Both the position numbers and the translations under genes were made by a program. Source: Candidatus Krumholzibacteriia bacterium (GTDB lineage: Bacteria > Krumholzibacteriota > Krumholzibacteriia > JAJRXK01). Taken from it: DNA of 64,000 nucleotides. The first letter of the stretch is position 1; each line of letters begins with the position of its first letter. Below, piece by piece: positions 1 to 13,725 of this stretch. Where the stretch lies: contig JBGPIA010000002.1 of assembly GCA_041484665.1 (NCBI GenBank), forward strand, positions 128,001 to 192,000. Reading direction: 5' to 3'. The notes under the pieces are model-generated. The model was not told the DNA's origin. It saw only the letters and a program-made list of their open reading frames with translations, and ran no database searches.

Positions 1-1668
1 TCCCTAGCCGCGGGGCAAGCCTGGCTGGAGTTCGCGCGCGGGCTGCGCTTGGCCAGCGAGCAGCGGGGGGCGCTGGCGGTTTGGGACGGCTCGGCGCAAC
101 TGCGCCGGGCGGCCGATCGCCCCGCAACCCGTCTGCCCGTGGCGCGCTGGCTCGCGGGCCTGGTGCGCCGCGAGGAGGCGCTCGCGCTCGCGCTCTCCGC
201 GTGGCGCCACGGCGACGCGCGCGAATCGGCCGCGGGCTTCGTGGAGGCGGCCGAGCAGCTGTACAAGATGCGCCGCCACGACGAGCTGGCACAGCACCTG
301 GCGCGACGCTGGCCTCGCGCGCTCGACAAGCAGGAGCGCGCGATGCTGGCCGCCTATCCGTGGGACGTCGAACGTCGCGTAAGCCCGACGTTGCGCGTCG
401 CGCACGGGTTCGACGACGTGGCCGCGCGCTTTGGCGGCTGCGATCGGGGCGGCGAGGCGCTGTGGGAGGCGGCCTGGGTGTGGGAGCTGGCGGGCCAGCC
501 GGCGGCGGCTCAGCGGCGCTACCTGCGCTATCTGAAGCTGCACCCCCGCGGGCCTTACGCGGAAGGCAGCGCGCTGCGCGCGATCTACCTGCCGTTCGCC
601 GCGGGGCACCCGTTGCAGGCCCTCGAGCGCTTCCGCGCGTACCGCGGACTGTTGCACGGGGAGATGGAGGACGCCTGCGCGCTGTGGATCGCGGCGCGCG
701 CGGCGCAGCAATTGCCCGACACGACCACGAGCCGGAGCCTCTGGGCAGAAATCGCCGGCCGCTACGGCGACTCCCCGCTTGCGGGGCCGCTGCCGCGGGG
801 CGGCGCGCCGCCGGTGGCGGTGGATGGCCCCATGATTGCCGCCGCCGCGGAGTCCCTGGTGCAGCGGCAAGCCTTGGCGTTCGCGGGGCTGGCGGCGGAG
901 GTCGGCGATTCGTCCCTCGCGCGACGCGCGCCTGCCGCGCTCGTCGGCATCGAGCGCCTGCTGCGACTGGGGCTGTTCGAGGAGGGTGAGCGGGAGCTTT
1001 TGTCCTGGGCTGCTGTGCGCCGCGCTGACGCCCGTGCGCAGCTGGCTGCCGCGGCCGTGGCATGGCGAACGGGGCGTGGCGAGCCGCAGGTACGTCTGGT
1101 GGGGGCGCTGCAGGGCTTGCTGGCCGCGCGGCTCTCCCAGTTGCGCGACGCGCTGCGCGTGGCGGCCATGCCCACGCCCTACGCCGACGCAGTGCTGCAG
1201 GCCGCCGGCGTCACCGGCGTGCCGGCGCCCTTGCTGTGGGGCCTCATGCGCCGCGAGAGTCTGTTCGACGCAGGTGCCATCTCGCTCGCCGGCGCGCATG
1301 GCTTGATGCAGGTGATGCCGACGACGGCGGCCAGGGTGGCGCAGGGGTGGGGGATGCCCGCACCCGCCTCGCCGCTGCTGCGGCAGCCGGCGCTCAACGT
1401 GCGCATGGGGAGCGAGGAGGTCGGACGGTTGTTGCGGCGCTACGAGGGCGACCCCTACCGTGCGCTGGCCGCCTACAACGCTGGGGAGCCCAACGCCGAG
1501 CGCTGGGAGGCCCGGCGCGGCCCGCATCAGCCTACCCCGGAGTACCTGCTGCTGGTCAGCTTCACGGAGACGCGTCAGTACATCTTCTATGTGCTGAGCT
1601 ACGCCCGATCCTACGAGCGCGCCTACCCGGTGCTGGCCTGCGGGCAGCCCCGCCCCGCCACTCCCTGA
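1..1668 (+). CDS. Slt-family lytic transglycosylase with N-terminal helical/TPR-like region (5' partial; frame open from window start)
   Basis: SLT motifs RRES (catalytic Glu), GLMQVMP, AAYNAG and ETRQY. The frame has no stop between 1 and 49. Confidence 0.88.
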   Translation, partial: SLAAGQAWLEFARGLRLASEQRGALAVWDGSAQLRRAADRPATRLPVARWLAGLVRREEALALALSAWRHGDARESAAGFVEAAEQLYKMRRHDELAQHLARRWPRALDKQERAMLAAYPWDVERRVSPTLRVAHGFDDVAARFGGCDRGGEALWEAAWVWELAGQPAAAQRRYLRYLKLHPRGPYAEGSALRAIYLPFAAGHPLQALERFRAYRGLLHGEMEDACALWIAARAAQQLPDTTTSRSLWAEIAGRYGDSPLAGPLPRGGAPPVAVDGPMIAAAAESLVQRQALAFAGLAAEVGDSSLARRAPAALVGIERLLRLGLFEEGERELLSWAAVRRADARAQLAAAAVAWRTGRGEPQVRLVGALQGLLAARLSQLRDALRVAAMPTPYADAVLQAAGVTGVPAPLLWGLMRRESLFDAGAISLAGAHGLMQVMPTTAARVAQGWGMPAPASPLLRQPALNVRMGSEEVGRLLRRYEGDPYRALAAYNAGEPNAERWEARRGPHQPTPEYLLLVSFTETRQYIFYVLSYARSYERAYPVLACGQPRPATP

Positions 1669-1760
1669 GCCCGCGCCCGTTGCGTCCGCAGCGCCACGGG
1701 TCAGCCCGCCCCGCCGGCGTCAGCCCGTCGTCGCCGTCCCCGCGCCGCCCAAGCGCTTGC

Positions 1761-1776
1761 TGGCAGGAGGCTTGCA
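1761..1776 (+). promoter_or_regulatory. Candidate sigma54 (-24/-12) promoter
   Basis: TGGCAGGAGGCTTGCA gives GG-N10-GC with TTGCA, about 80 nt upstream of the TPR gene ATG. Confidence 0.6.
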
Positions 1777-1853
1777 AGGAGGCAATCCCGGCCGACCCGC
1801 GGCGGGGACCCGGCAGCGATCACGCCCCATCGTATGCGCAGCGGGGAGCGCGG

Positions 1854-2777
1854 ATGTTCCTCAGAAGAATCTTCAACCTGATCCCAAAAGATCCCTTCTT
1901 TGAAGCACTTGACCTGATCAATCGGGGTGAGTTCGAGGCCGCTCTGCCCCGGCTGCAAGGGCTTGGGGACAGCCGCAACGCGGGGATCCGGCAGAAGGCA
2001 CGCTTGTATGCCTGCGAGGCGCACCTGCAGCTCGGCGACCAGGTTGCCGCCACATCGCCCGAGGAGGGCCTGCGGCACTACCAGGCTGCCAGCGATCTGG
2101 AACCCCGCTTCGCGGACATCCACAACAAGGTAGGGGAGACCAGCCGCCGCCTCGGGCGCATCGCGAACGCGGAGGAGGCGTTCCGCCGGGCGCTTGCCAT
2201 CAATGCGCGCTACTTTGCCGCCCAGCTCAACCTCGCCGAGCTGCTGGTGGTCACCGGGCGCGCGGACCAGGCGCTCGAGGAGCTGCGGCGGTTGGAGACA
2301 TTCTGCCCTCCGCTCTATCAGGAGATGGTCCACGACCTGGTGGGCGCGTGCGAGCGCGGTGGCCCGCAGGACCATGCCGTCACGTTCCTGGAGATCCGCA
2401 AGCTGATGCCGACGCGTCTGGAGGTCGCGCGTCAGGCGGCCCAGGCGGCGATCCGGCGCGGTGAGCCGGAGGTCGCGCAGCGGCTCGTCCAGGATCTGCT
2501 CAAGGAGCACCCGCAGTTTCCTGATCTGCACCACATCCTGGGGTTGGCGTACGGCGAGCTCGGGCGCGCGGACGACGCGATCCTCGAGTTCCAGACGGCG
2601 CTGGCGATCAACCCCAACTTTCTCAAGGCGAGGATCAACCTCGGGATCTCCCTCATGGAGCAGGGGCGGCGCGACGAGGCCCGCCGCGAGCTGCTGCGCG
2701 TGCTGGAGATCGATCCCGCCAATCCGCTGGTCGAGAGCGCGCTGGCCGAGCTGGCCGGCGCGCGGACCGGAAGCTAG
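1854..2777 (+). CDS. Tetratricopeptide-repeat protein
   Basis: Repeated TPR units (EPRFADIHNKVG, HPQFPDLHHILGLAY, INPNFLKARINLG). ATG 1854 follows GGGAG. Confidence 0.85.
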   Translation: MFLRRIFNLIPKDPFFEALDLINRGEFEAALPRLQGLGDSRNAGIRQKARLYACEAHLQLGDQVAATSPEEGLRHYQAASDLEPRFADIHNKVGETSRRLGRIANAEEAFRRALAINARYFAAQLNLAELLVVTGRADQALEELRRLETFCPPLYQEMVHDLVGACERGGPQDHAVTFLEIRKLMPTRLEVARQAAQAAIRRGEPEVAQRLVQDLLKEHPQFPDLHHILGLAYGELGRADDAILEFQTALAINPNFLKARINLGISLMEQGRRDEARRELLRVLEIDPANPLVESALAELAGARTGS

Positions 2778-2783
2778 CCGGCT

Positions 2784-3503
2784 ATGGCGCAGCAGGAGCT
2801 TGCCCAGGTCGATCTCTACCAGATCCTGGAGGTTCCTCCGGCCGCGCGGACGGAGGAGGTCCGGCGCGCGTACTTCCGGCTCGCCAAGCGTTTCCACCCC
2901 GACCATCGCGAGGGCGGCGACCAGGAGGCCACCGAGCGCTTCATCGCGATCCAGCAAGCCTACAAGATCCTCACCAGCCCCATCGAGCGGGAGAAATACG
3001 ATGCGTTGCGCCGCAAGGGCAAGCCCGCGGAGCAGCCGGCTCCGGCTCCTGGAGAGCCCGCGCCCATGGGGCGCCGGGCGGCGGCCAAGGAGCAGGACAA
3101 GGACGCCCGGCGGGCCTACCTGCACGCGCAACAGCTCATCGAGCAGGGCGACGCTGGACGCGCCGTGGAGATCCTGCGCGTGCTGGTCAAGACCGTCCCG
3201 GACAACCTCGCCTACCAATCGCTCTACGGCTACGCCCTGAGCATCAAAGGGCGCAAGCTGCACACCGCGCGCGATCTCTGCCGCCGCGCCGTGGAAGCCG
3301 AGCCCTACAACTCCGACTTCCACGCCCATCTGGGCTGCGTCTACGTGCGGGCCGGACTGGGACGGACGGCCCAGTCCTGCTTCGAGGAGGCGCTGCGCTG
3401 GGACCCCAACCATCCCCTGGCCCTGCGCCACCTCAAGCCGGCGGAGAGCGCGCCGGCCGCGGGTCTCGGCTGGCTGCGCAACCTGCTGGGACGCAAAAAG
3501 TAG
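2784..3503 (+). CDS. J-domain (DnaJ-like) protein with C-terminal TPRs
   Basis: DLYQILEV...YFRLAKRFHPD J-domain with intact HPD, followed by TPR helices. Confidence 0.88.
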   Translation: MAQQELAQVDLYQILEVPPAARTEEVRRAYFRLAKRFHPDHREGGDQEATERFIAIQQAYKILTSPIEREKYDALRRKGKPAEQPAPAPGEPAPMGRRAAAKEQDKDARRAYLHAQQLIEQGDAGRAVEILRVLVKTVPDNLAYQSLYGYALSIKGRKLHTARDLCRRAVEAEPYNSDFHAHLGCVYVRAGLGRTAQSCFEEALRWDPNHPLALRHLKPAESAPAAGLGWLRNLLGRKK

Positions 3504-3540
3504 GCGCTTGCGGCCTGCACCGGTCGCTTCACCACCGCGC

Positions 3541-3570
3541 TTGACACCTCCGCCGCGCCGCACCTAGCTT
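3541..3570 (+). promoter_or_regulatory. sigma70-type promoter of the cold-shock gene
   Basis: TTGACA-N18-TAGCTT. Confidence 0.6.
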
Positions 3571-3616
3571 TTCCTCGACCCCAATGCGCCGTGGACTTCC
3601 AGCCCTGGAGGTGTCG

Positions 3617-3820
3617 ATGGCCACGGGTGTCATTCGATGGTTCAACGAACTGCGGGGATACGGGTTCATCGAGCCATCCGACGCGACCGACACCCTCTAT
3701 GTGCATCACACGGACATCGTGGGCCGCGGCTATCGGTCCCTGCGGGCCGGCCAGCGGGTCCGCTACGAGGTCCAGACCCAAGAGGGCGTCACCCGCGCGG
3801 TCGAGGTGGAAACCTACTAG
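3617..3820 (+). CDS. csp: Cold-shock domain protein
   Basis: MATGVIRWFNELRGYGFI (RNP1) and YVHH (RNP2). GGAGGT SD upstream. Confidence 0.9.
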   Translation: MATGVIRWFNELRGYGFIEPSDATDTLYVHHTDIVGRGYRSLRAGQRVRYEVQTQEGVTRAVEVETY

Positions 3821-3864
3821 CTTGACCGCGGACATCCACGCGTCGGTGCAGCGCTCCTGCGGCG

Positions 3865-3900
3865 GGTCCCGCTCCGGCCCAGGGGCGGGACCGTTTCGTT
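3865..3900 (+). terminator. Probable intrinsic terminator after csp
   Basis: GGTCCCGCTCC/GGGGCGGGACC stem followed by GTTTCGTT. Confidence 0.5.
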
Positions 3901-3946
3901 CCTCGACCCACCAGCACGCGAGCCCCCAACCCGACGACGGCGCGCA

Positions 3947-6988
<3,042 letters not shown>

Positions 6989-7102
6989 GGGGCACGCCAG
7001 CTGCTGCCGGGGAGCGGCCTTGCCTTTCGGTCCGCCTTTTGCCATCCTGTGCGGCCGTTGCCGGGACGGACAGGTGTCCCGCATCCCCCGGCGGCCTGCT
7101 GT

Positions 7103-9331
7103 ATGCGCAAGAACCTCGTCATCGTCGAGTCGCCGGCCAAGGCGAAGACCATCGGCAAGTACCTTGGCAAGGGGTACAAAGTCATGGCCTCCGTCGGCCA
7201 CGTCATCGACCTGCCCAAGAGCCGGCTGGGGGTCGACATCGAGCACGGTTACGAGCCCGAGTACGTGACGATCAAGGGTAAGTCGAAGATCCTCAAGGAT
7301 CTGGCCAAGGAAGCGAAGACGTCCGATGAGGTGCTGCTCGCCACCGATCTCGACCGCGAGGGCGAGGCGATCGCCTGGCACATCGCCAACTACCTGAAGG
7401 AGAACAGTGCCCCCAAGCGCGGCAAAGCCGCGCGCAACGGGGTGCCGGAGATCCACCGGATCGTCTTCAACGAGATCACCAAGAGTGCGATCCAGAAGGC
7501 CATCGCCCAGAAGGGCGACATCGACGATCGCAAGGTCGACGCCCAGCAGGCCCGGCGCATCCTCGACCGCCTGGTCGGGTATCTGGTCAGCCCCCAGCTG
7601 TGGTCCATCTTCTACAAGGGGCTCAGCGCTGGGCGCGTGCAGACGGTCGCCCTGCGCTTGATCTGCGAGCGCGAGACCGAGATCGAGGCCTTCGTCGCCG
7701 AGGAGTACTGGACCCTCGACGCGTTGCTGCGCACCCCGGCCGGCGAGACGTTTCCGGCACAGGTCGCTCGCAAGGACGACAAGAAGCTCAAGCTGGGGAG
7801 CGCGGAGGAGGCCGCCGCCGCGCTGCGGGAGCTGGAAGGGCTGCCGCTCACGGTCACCTCGGTCACCCGGCGCACGCGGCATCGGGCGCCCCAGCCACCC
7901 TTCATCACCTCGACCCTGCAGATGGACGCAGCGCGCCGGCTCGGCTTCTCCAGCAAGAAGACGATGATGGTGGCCCAGCAGCTCTACGAGGGCGTGGAGC
8001 TGGGCGGTGAGGGCCCCGTGGGGCTCATCACCTACATGCGCACCGACTCGGTGCGCCTGTCCGACGACGCGCGCCGCAGCCTCGAGCAGGCCGTCACGCA
8101 GAGTTGGGGCGCGCGTTACCTGCCCGCGCAACCGCGCATCTACAAGGTCAGCGAGAAGGCCCAGGACGCCCACGAGGCCATCCGCCCCACCGACCTCGCG
8201 CGCAGCCCGGAGCAGGTCGCGGGTTTCCTCACCAAGGATCAACTGCGCCTCTACGAGGTCATCTGGGGGCGCACGCTGGCGAGCTTGATGTCCAACGCCG
8301 AGAGCGAGGCCACCAGCGTCGAGATCGCGGCCGGCCCCTACATGCTGCGCGCCACCGGCTCGGTGCCGACCTTCGACGGCTGGCTGGCGGCGTACTCCGA
8401 TCCAGGCGGGGCCAAGGAGACGGTGCTGCCGCCGCTGCAGGAGGGAATGGCACTCGCGCGGGAGTCGATCACGCCCACGCAGCACTTCACGCAGCCGCCG
8501 CCGCGCTACCGCGACAGCAGCCTGGTCAAGGAGCTGGAGAGCCGCGGCATCGGCCGTCCGTCCACGTACGCGTCGATCATCTCGGTGGTCCTGGAGCGCA
8601 AGTACGTCGAGCGCGAGAGCGGCGCCTTCAAGCCCACCCTGCTGGGGCGCGAGGTCTGGCGGGTGCTGGACGCCGCGCTGCCGCAGGTCTTCGAGGTGAC
8701 GTTCACCGCCGCCATGGAGGAGGAGCTGGACAAGGTCGAGCTGGGCCAGGAGCCGTGGCAGGACGTGGTCGACCACTTCTACGGCCCGCTCCACCGCCAG
8801 CTCGCGCTGCTGGAGGACAGCAAGCACGACCTGCGCCTGACGTTGCAACAGCCCACCGACCAGACCTGTCCCAAGTGTGGGCGCGGTCTCTTCATCAAGT
8901 GGGGGAGCAACGGCCGCTTCCTGGCCTGCCCGGGCTACCCCGAATGCAGGTTCACCAAGGGGCTGCCCGAGGACGAGATCCCCTACGACGAGGCCTGTCC
9001 CAGCTGCGGGCACAAGCTGGTGGTGAAGACGGGCCGCTACGGCCGCTTCGTCGCCTGCTCGTCGTACCCCGAGTGCCGCTTCACCAAGCCCTTCTCCACC
9101 GGAATCGTCTGCCCGCGCTGCAAAGAGGGCCAGCTGGTGGAGAAGCGCAGCAAGCGCGGGCGGGTCTTCTACGGCTGCTCGACCTATCCCAAGTGCGACA
9201 ACGCGCTGTGGAACAAGCCCGTGCCCACCGCTTGCCCCACCTGCCAGCACCCCTTCATGCTGGAGAAGTTCACCAAGGCGAAGGGCGCGTTCCTGCTGTG
9301 CCCGCAGTGCGCTCACGAAGAAGTGTCGTAG
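7103..9331 (+). CDS. topA: DNA topoisomerase I with C-terminal zinc ribbons
   Basis: LVIVESPAKAKTI, DLDREGE, SAGRVQ, ITYMRTDS and several CxxC ribbons. Confidence 0.99.
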   Translation: MRKNLVIVESPAKAKTIGKYLGKGYKVMASVGHVIDLPKSRLGVDIEHGYEPEYVTIKGKSKILKDLAKEAKTSDEVLLATDLDREGEAIAWHIANYLKENSAPKRGKAARNGVPEIHRIVFNEITKSAIQKAIAQKGDIDDRKVDAQQARRILDRLVGYLVSPQLWSIFYKGLSAGRVQTVALRLICERETEIEAFVAEEYWTLDALLRTPAGETFPAQVARKDDKKLKLGSAEEAAAALRELEGLPLTVTSVTRRTRHRAPQPPFITSTLQMDAARRLGFSSKKTMMVAQQLYEGVELGGEGPVGLITYMRTDSVRLSDDARRSLEQAVTQSWGARYLPAQPRIYKVSEKAQDAHEAIRPTDLARSPEQVAGFLTKDQLRLYEVIWGRTLASLMSNAESEATSVEIAAGPYMLRATGSVPTFDGWLAAYSDPGGAKETVLPPLQEGMALARESITPTQHFTQPPPRYRDSSLVKELESRGIGRPSTYASIISVVLERKYVERESGAFKPTLLGREVWRVLDAALPQVFEVTFTAAMEEELDKVELGQEPWQDVVDHFYGPLHRQLALLEDSKHDLRLTLQQPTDQTCPKCGRGLFIKWGSNGRFLACPGYPECRFTKGLPEDEIPYDEACPSCGHKLVVKTGRYGRFVACSSYPECRFTKPFSTGIVCPRCKEGQLVEKRSKRGRVFYGCSTYPKCDNALWNKPVPTACPTCQHPFMLEKFTKAKGAFLLCPQCAHEEVS

Positions 9332-9380
9332 GCGGCGCGGCCGCCCCAACGCTTCGAACCGGTCGCGCAGGAGTGCGGAC

Positions 9381-10724
9381 GTGACGGGTCACGATCGCCC
9401 GGTCACCATCGTGGGGGGCGGCCTGGCCGGCTGCGAGGCGGCGCTGCAGCTGGCCGCCCGGGGCTTTCGTGTCACGCTCCTGGAGATGCGCCCCGCGCGC
9501 CCCACGCCCGCCCATCGTACCGACCGTCTGGCCGAGATCGTGTGCAGCAATAGCTTCAAGAGCGAGCGCAGCGATACCCCGGCGGGCGCGCTCAAGCTGG
9601 AGCTCGACCTGCTCGGCTGCCGCCTGCTGCCGCTGGCACGGCAGGCGCGCGTGCCCGCCGGAGCGGCACTGGGCCTGGACCGTGAGCTCTTCGCCGCGCT
9701 GGTGGGTGCGCAGATCGAGGGGCACCCGCGCATCATGGTGCGCCGGGAGGAGGCGCGCGCGCTGCCGGAGGACCGCCCATGCGTGGTGGCCACCGGCCCG
9801 CTCACCTCAGAGGACCTGGAGCGCGACCTCACCGCGCGCATGGGGGAGGAGGGGCTCTACTTCTACGATGCGATCGCGCCCTCGTTGCTGCTGGAATCGG
9901 TGGACCTGGAGCGGGCGTTTCGTGCCGCGCGCTATGGGAAGGGCGACGACGACTACCTCAATTGCCCGCTCGACCGCGCGCAGTACGAGGCCTTCGTGGA
10001 TGCGCTGCTGGCCGCCGACCGCGTGCCGCTGCACGAGTTCGAGGAAGCGCGCTATTTCGCGGGGTGCATGCCCATCGAGGCCATCGCGCAGGGCGGGCGC
10101 GAATCGCTGCGCTTCGGGCCCATGCGCCCGGTGGGGCTGCGCGATCCCCGCAGCGGGCAGCGGCCCTACGCGGTGGTCCAGCTGCGCCAGGAGACGCGCG
10201 ACGGGACGCTCTACGGGCTGGTGGGGTTCCAGACGCGCTTGAAGTACGGCGAGCAGACGCGGGTCTTCCGCATGATCCCCGCGCTCGCGGAGGCGGAGTT
10301 CGCGCGCCTGGGAAGTCTGCACCGCAACACCTTCTTGAACAGTCCGCGCCATCTGCGCCCGGACCTCTCGTGGCAGCAAGACCCGCAGGTCTGGTTCGCC
10401 GGACAGATGATCGGCTGCGAGGGATACGTGGAGAGCGTGGCGACTGGGCTGCTGGCGGCCCTCGCCGTAGCCGGCGCTGGCCGCGGGCGGACGCTCGTGC
10501 CGCCGCCCGTGGACACGCTGCTGGGGTCGCTGCTGGCCTACCTGCGGGCCCCCGCGACGCCGCGCCTCACGCCCATGAACGTCAACTTCGGCCTGCTGCC
10601 GCCCCTGTCACGCCCTCCGCGCGATAAGGCGCTGCGCCGCGAGGCGCACACGGCGCGCGCCGTGGAGTCGATGCGCGGCTGGGTGCAGGCGCACTGCGAG
10701 CTGTTCGAGCTGGTGGGAGTATGA
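9381..10724 (+). CDS. trmFO: FAD/folate-dependent tRNA U54 methyltransferase TrmFO
   Basis: GGGLAGCEAA, EIVCSNSF, FYDAIAP, GFQTRLK and PMNVNFG. topA-trmFO-xerC-hslVU synteny. Confidence 0.97.
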   Translation: MTGHDRPVTIVGGGLAGCEAALQLAARGFRVTLLEMRPARPTPAHRTDRLAEIVCSNSFKSERSDTPAGALKLELDLLGCRLLPLARQARVPAGAALGLDRELFAALVGAQIEGHPRIMVRREEARALPEDRPCVVATGPLTSEDLERDLTARMGEEGLYFYDAIAPSLLLESVDLERAFRAARYGKGDDDYLNCPLDRAQYEAFVDALLAADRVPLHEFEEARYFAGCMPIEAIAQGGRESLRFGPMRPVGLRDPRSGQRPYAVVQLRQETRDGTLYGLVGFQTRLKYGEQTRVFRMIPALAEAEFARLGSLHRNTFLNSPRHLRPDLSWQQDPQVWFAGQMIGCEGYVESVATGLLAALAVAGAGRGRTLVPPPVDTLLGSLLAYLRAPATPRLTPMNVNFGLLPPLSRPPRDKALRREAHTARAVESMRGWVQAHCELFELVGV

Positions 10725-10746
10725 GACCGCTGGACAACGTGCAGCC

Positions 10747-11730
10747 GTGAGCGGCGCCGCGCAAGACCCGGCGCAGGCGTTCCTGGACCACCTGCGCGTG
10801 ATCGAGGGAGCCTCACCCCACACCGTCGAGGCATACGCGCGCGACCTGCAGACGGTCCAGAACGCGCTCGCCGCGCCGGGGCAGATCCTGGACTGGCTCA
10901 CGCTGAGCACCGACGATCTGCGGCGCTGGATGGCCCACGAACGGCGCCGCGGGATCGCGCCCGTGAGCCTCGCGCGCCGTCTGGCGGCGCTGCGCGCCTG
11001 CTTCGCGTTCCTGGAGAATACCGGACTACGAGCCGACCGGCCGACGGCGGGCTTGCGCGCTCCGCGCGTGCGCCGCCGGCTGCCGCGCGTGGCCGGCGAG
11101 GAGCTCATCGCGCGCGTGGTGCAGTCGCCCGATCTCGCCACCGAGCGCGGCCGCCGCAACCGCGCGCTGCTGGAGGTGATGTACGGCTGCGGACTGCGCC
11201 TGGCCGAGGTGGTGGGCCTGGGCCTGGGCGACCTGGATCTGTCCGGCGAGTCCGTGCGCGTGCGCGGCAAGGGGAGCAAGGAGCGACTGGTGCCGCTGGC
11301 CGGTGAGGCGAACGCAGCGCTGCGGCGGTATCTTGACGGCCGCCTGCCGCCCGCGGTGGCGGCCGCGCTTGGCGCCTCGATGCTGGAGGCCTCCGATCGT
11401 AGCGCGCCCGTGTTCCTCGGGCGCGGCGGCCGGCGGATCGCGCGGCGGACGGTGCGGGAGGTGGTGGCGCGCGCGGTGCGCGCGGCGTCGGGCGGTACGG
11501 GGCTGTCGCCGCACGACCTGCGCCACGCCTTCGCGACGCACCTGCTGGACCGCGGCGCGGACCTGCGCAGCGTACAGGAGCTGCTGGGGCACGCGGCGCT
11601 GTCCACCACGCAGATCTACACCCACGTGAGCGTGGCACGCCTGCGCGAGGCCTACGACCGGGCGCACCCGCGCGCCACGGCCGGCGGCGGGACGGCGCGC
11701 CGGGCCGCCAAACGGGAGGGACGGTCCTGA
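10747..11730 (+). CDS. xerC: Tyrosine recombinase XerC
   Basis: [23 protein letters not shown] and LLGH...TTQIYTH. Positioned directly before hslV. Confidence 0.88.
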   Translation: MSGAAQDPAQAFLDHLRVIEGASPHTVEAYARDLQTVQNALAAPGQILDWLTLSTDDLRRWMAHERRRGIAPVSLARRLAALRACFAFLENTGLRADRPTAGLRAPRVRRRLPRVAGEELIARVVQSPDLATERGRRNRALLEVMYGCGLRLAEVVGLGLGDLDLSGESVRVRGKGSKERLVPLAGEANAALRRYLDGRLPPAVAAALGASMLEASDRSAPVFLGRGGRRIARRTVREVVARAVRAASGGTGLSPHDLRHAFATHLLDRGADLRSVQELLGHAALSTTQIYTHVSVARLREAYDRAHPRATAGGGTARRAAKREGRS

Positions 11731-12287
11731 ACGCGATCCGCTCCACGACGATCCTGGGCGTGCGCGCCGGCGGCGGCACCTGCATGGGCGGCGACGGACA
11801 GGTCACGGTCGGAGCGATCAAGATGAAGGCCACCGCGCGCAAAGTGCGCGCGCTCCAGGAGGGCCGCATCCTGGCGGGGTTCGCCGGCTCCGCAGCAGAC
11901 GCCTTCACACTGTTCGAGAAGTTCGAGGGGCATCTGGGCTCCTACGGCGGAAATCTGCAGCGCGCGGTGATCGAGCTGGCCAAGGAGTGGCGCAGCGACC
12001 GCGTGCTGCGCCGGCTCGATGCTCTGCTGGCCGTCATGGATCCCGCCCACGCGTTCATCGTCTCGGGTGCCGGCGACGTGATCGAGCCCGATGACGCGGT
12101 GCTCGCCATCGGTTCCGGTGGCCCCTACGCCCAGGCCGCCGCGCGAGCCCTGCTGCGCCACAGCGCCCTGTCGGCCGCGGAGATCTGCCGCGCTGCGCTC
12201 GAGATCGCTGCGGGCATCTGCATCTACACCAACCGCGAGATCACCCTGCTGGAGCTCCCGGCGCCCAAGGGGGAGGCAGCACCGTGA
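11727..12287 (+). CDS. hslV: HslV/ClpQ threonine protease subunit (probable CTG start)
   Basis: [10 protein letters not shown]-terminus, [22 protein letters not shown] and ICIYTN. GGGAGG SD lies 7 nt before CTG 11727. Confidence 0.95.
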   Translation: MNAIRSTTILGVRAGGGTCMGGDGQVTVGAIKMKATARKVRALQEGRILAGFAGSAADAFTLFEKFEGHLGSYGGNLQRAVIELAKEWRSDRVLRRLDALLAVMDPAHAFIVSGAGDVIEPDDAVLAIGSGGPYAQAAARALLRHSALSAAEICRAALEIAAGICIYTNREITLLELPAPKGEAAP

Positions 12288-13672
12288 GCGCGTTGCCGGC
12301 CGCGCTGCCGCAGCCGCGACCGCCCCGCGCGGCGGGGCTCACGCCCCGCGAGATCGTGGCCGAGCTGGATCGCTACATCGTGGGCCAGGCCGCAGCCAAG
12401 CGCGCCGTGGCCATCGCCCTGCGCAACCGCTGGCGTCGCATGCAGGTCGACGACGCCCTGCGCGACGAGATCCTCCCGGCGAACATCATCATGATCGGGC
12501 CCACCGGCGTGGGGAAGACCGAGATCGCGCGGCGGCTGGCCAAGGTGGCCGGAGTCCCGTTCGTGAAAGTGGAGGCCACCAAGTTCACCGAACGAGGCTA
12601 CGTGGGACGCGACGTGGACTCGATGGTGCGGGACCTGGTGGAGGTCTCGCTCGCCCTGGTGCGCGAGGAGATGACCGCCACCGTGCAGGAGGACGCCGGC
12701 GCCGCCGTCGAGGACCGCCTGCTGGACCTGCTGCTACCGCCGCTGCGCGACGCCGCCGAGGAGACGCGCGAGCGGTGGGAGCGCAGCCGCGACAAGCTGC
12801 GGGCCCAGCTGCGCGCCGGTGAGCTGGAGGGACGCAACGTGACGGTGGAGACCACCGCGCGCGGCGGTCCGATGCTCGAGGTGCTCACGCCCGGCGCCGA
12901 CGAGGTGCTGGAATCGGGGTTGCAGGACGCCCTGCGCGGCCTGTTCCCGGCCCGCAAGAAAGAGCGCAGCGTGCCCATCGTCGAGGCGCGCAAGATCCTC
13001 CACGAGCAGGAAGTGGATCGGCGAATCGACCACGACCGCGCGACGGCCATCGCCTTGCAGCGTGCCGAGACCGGCGGCATCATCTTTCTCGATGAGATCG
13101 ACAAGATCGCCAGCCGCCGCGAGCACTCTGGCATCGACGTGAGCAGGGAGGGCGTGCAGCGCGACCTGCTGCCGGTGGTGGAGGGGTGCACCGTGCAGAC
13201 GAAATACGGCGCGGTGCGCACCGACCACGTCCTGTTCATCGCGGCCGGCGCCTTCCACATCTCCAAGCCCAGCGATCTGATTCCCGAGCTGCAGGGGCGC
13301 TTTCCCATCCGCGTCGAGCTGGCGAGCCTCACCGAGGAGGACTTCGTGCGCATCCTCCAGGAGCCGGAGAACTCGCTGCCGCGGCAGTACTGCGCGCTCC
13401 TGGCCACCGAGCACTGCCAGCTCGAGTTCACCGCGGACGCCTACCGCGAGCTGGCCACCATTGCCTGCGAGGTGAACCGCCGCAGGGAGAACATCGGCGC
13501 GCGGCGGCTGCACACGATCATGTCTGCTCTGCTGGAGGACCTGCTTTACGAGCTGCCCGCCGCCCCGGGGGCGCCGCCGCCCGCCGCGCGCGTGGCCGTG
13601 GACGCGGCCTTCGTGCGGCGCAAGCTCGCGGAGGTCCTGCAGGACGAGGACCTCAGCCGCTACATTCTGTAG
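12284..13672 (+). CDS. hslU: HslU/ClpY ATPase
   Basis: [19 protein letters not shown] pore motif, [15 protein letters not shown] and C-terminal DLSRYIL. Confidence 0.98.
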   Translation: MSALPAALPQPRPPRAAGLTPREIVAELDRYIVGQAAAKRAVAIALRNRWRRMQVDDALRDEILPANIIMIGPTGVGKTEIARRLAKVAGVPFVKVEATKFTERGYVGRDVDSMVRDLVEVSLALVREEMTATVQEDAGAAVEDRLLDLLLPPLRDAAEETRERWERSRDKLRAQLRAGELEGRNVTVETTARGGPMLEVLTPGADEVLESGLQDALRGLFPARKKERSVPIVEARKILHEQEVDRRIDHDRATAIALQRAETGGIIFLDEIDKIASRREHSGIDVSREGVQRDLLPVVEGCTVQTKYGAVRTDHVLFIAAGAFHISKPSDLIPELQGRFPIRVELASLTEEDFVRILQEPENSLPRQYCALLATEHCQLEFTADAYRELATIACEVNRRRENIGARRLHTIMSALLEDLLYELPAAPGAPPPAARVAVDAAFVRRKLAEVLQDEDLSRYIL

Positions 13673-13725
13673 CCGACCCGGGCGCGGTTCTGTGGGCCCA
13701 CGCCTGCACCGATCAGGAGGACCCG

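Noticed and set aside
3571..3909. TTCCTCGACCC present upstream of both csp and secA
   Set aside because: There are only two copies of an 11-mer in different contexts, so chance is not excluded.
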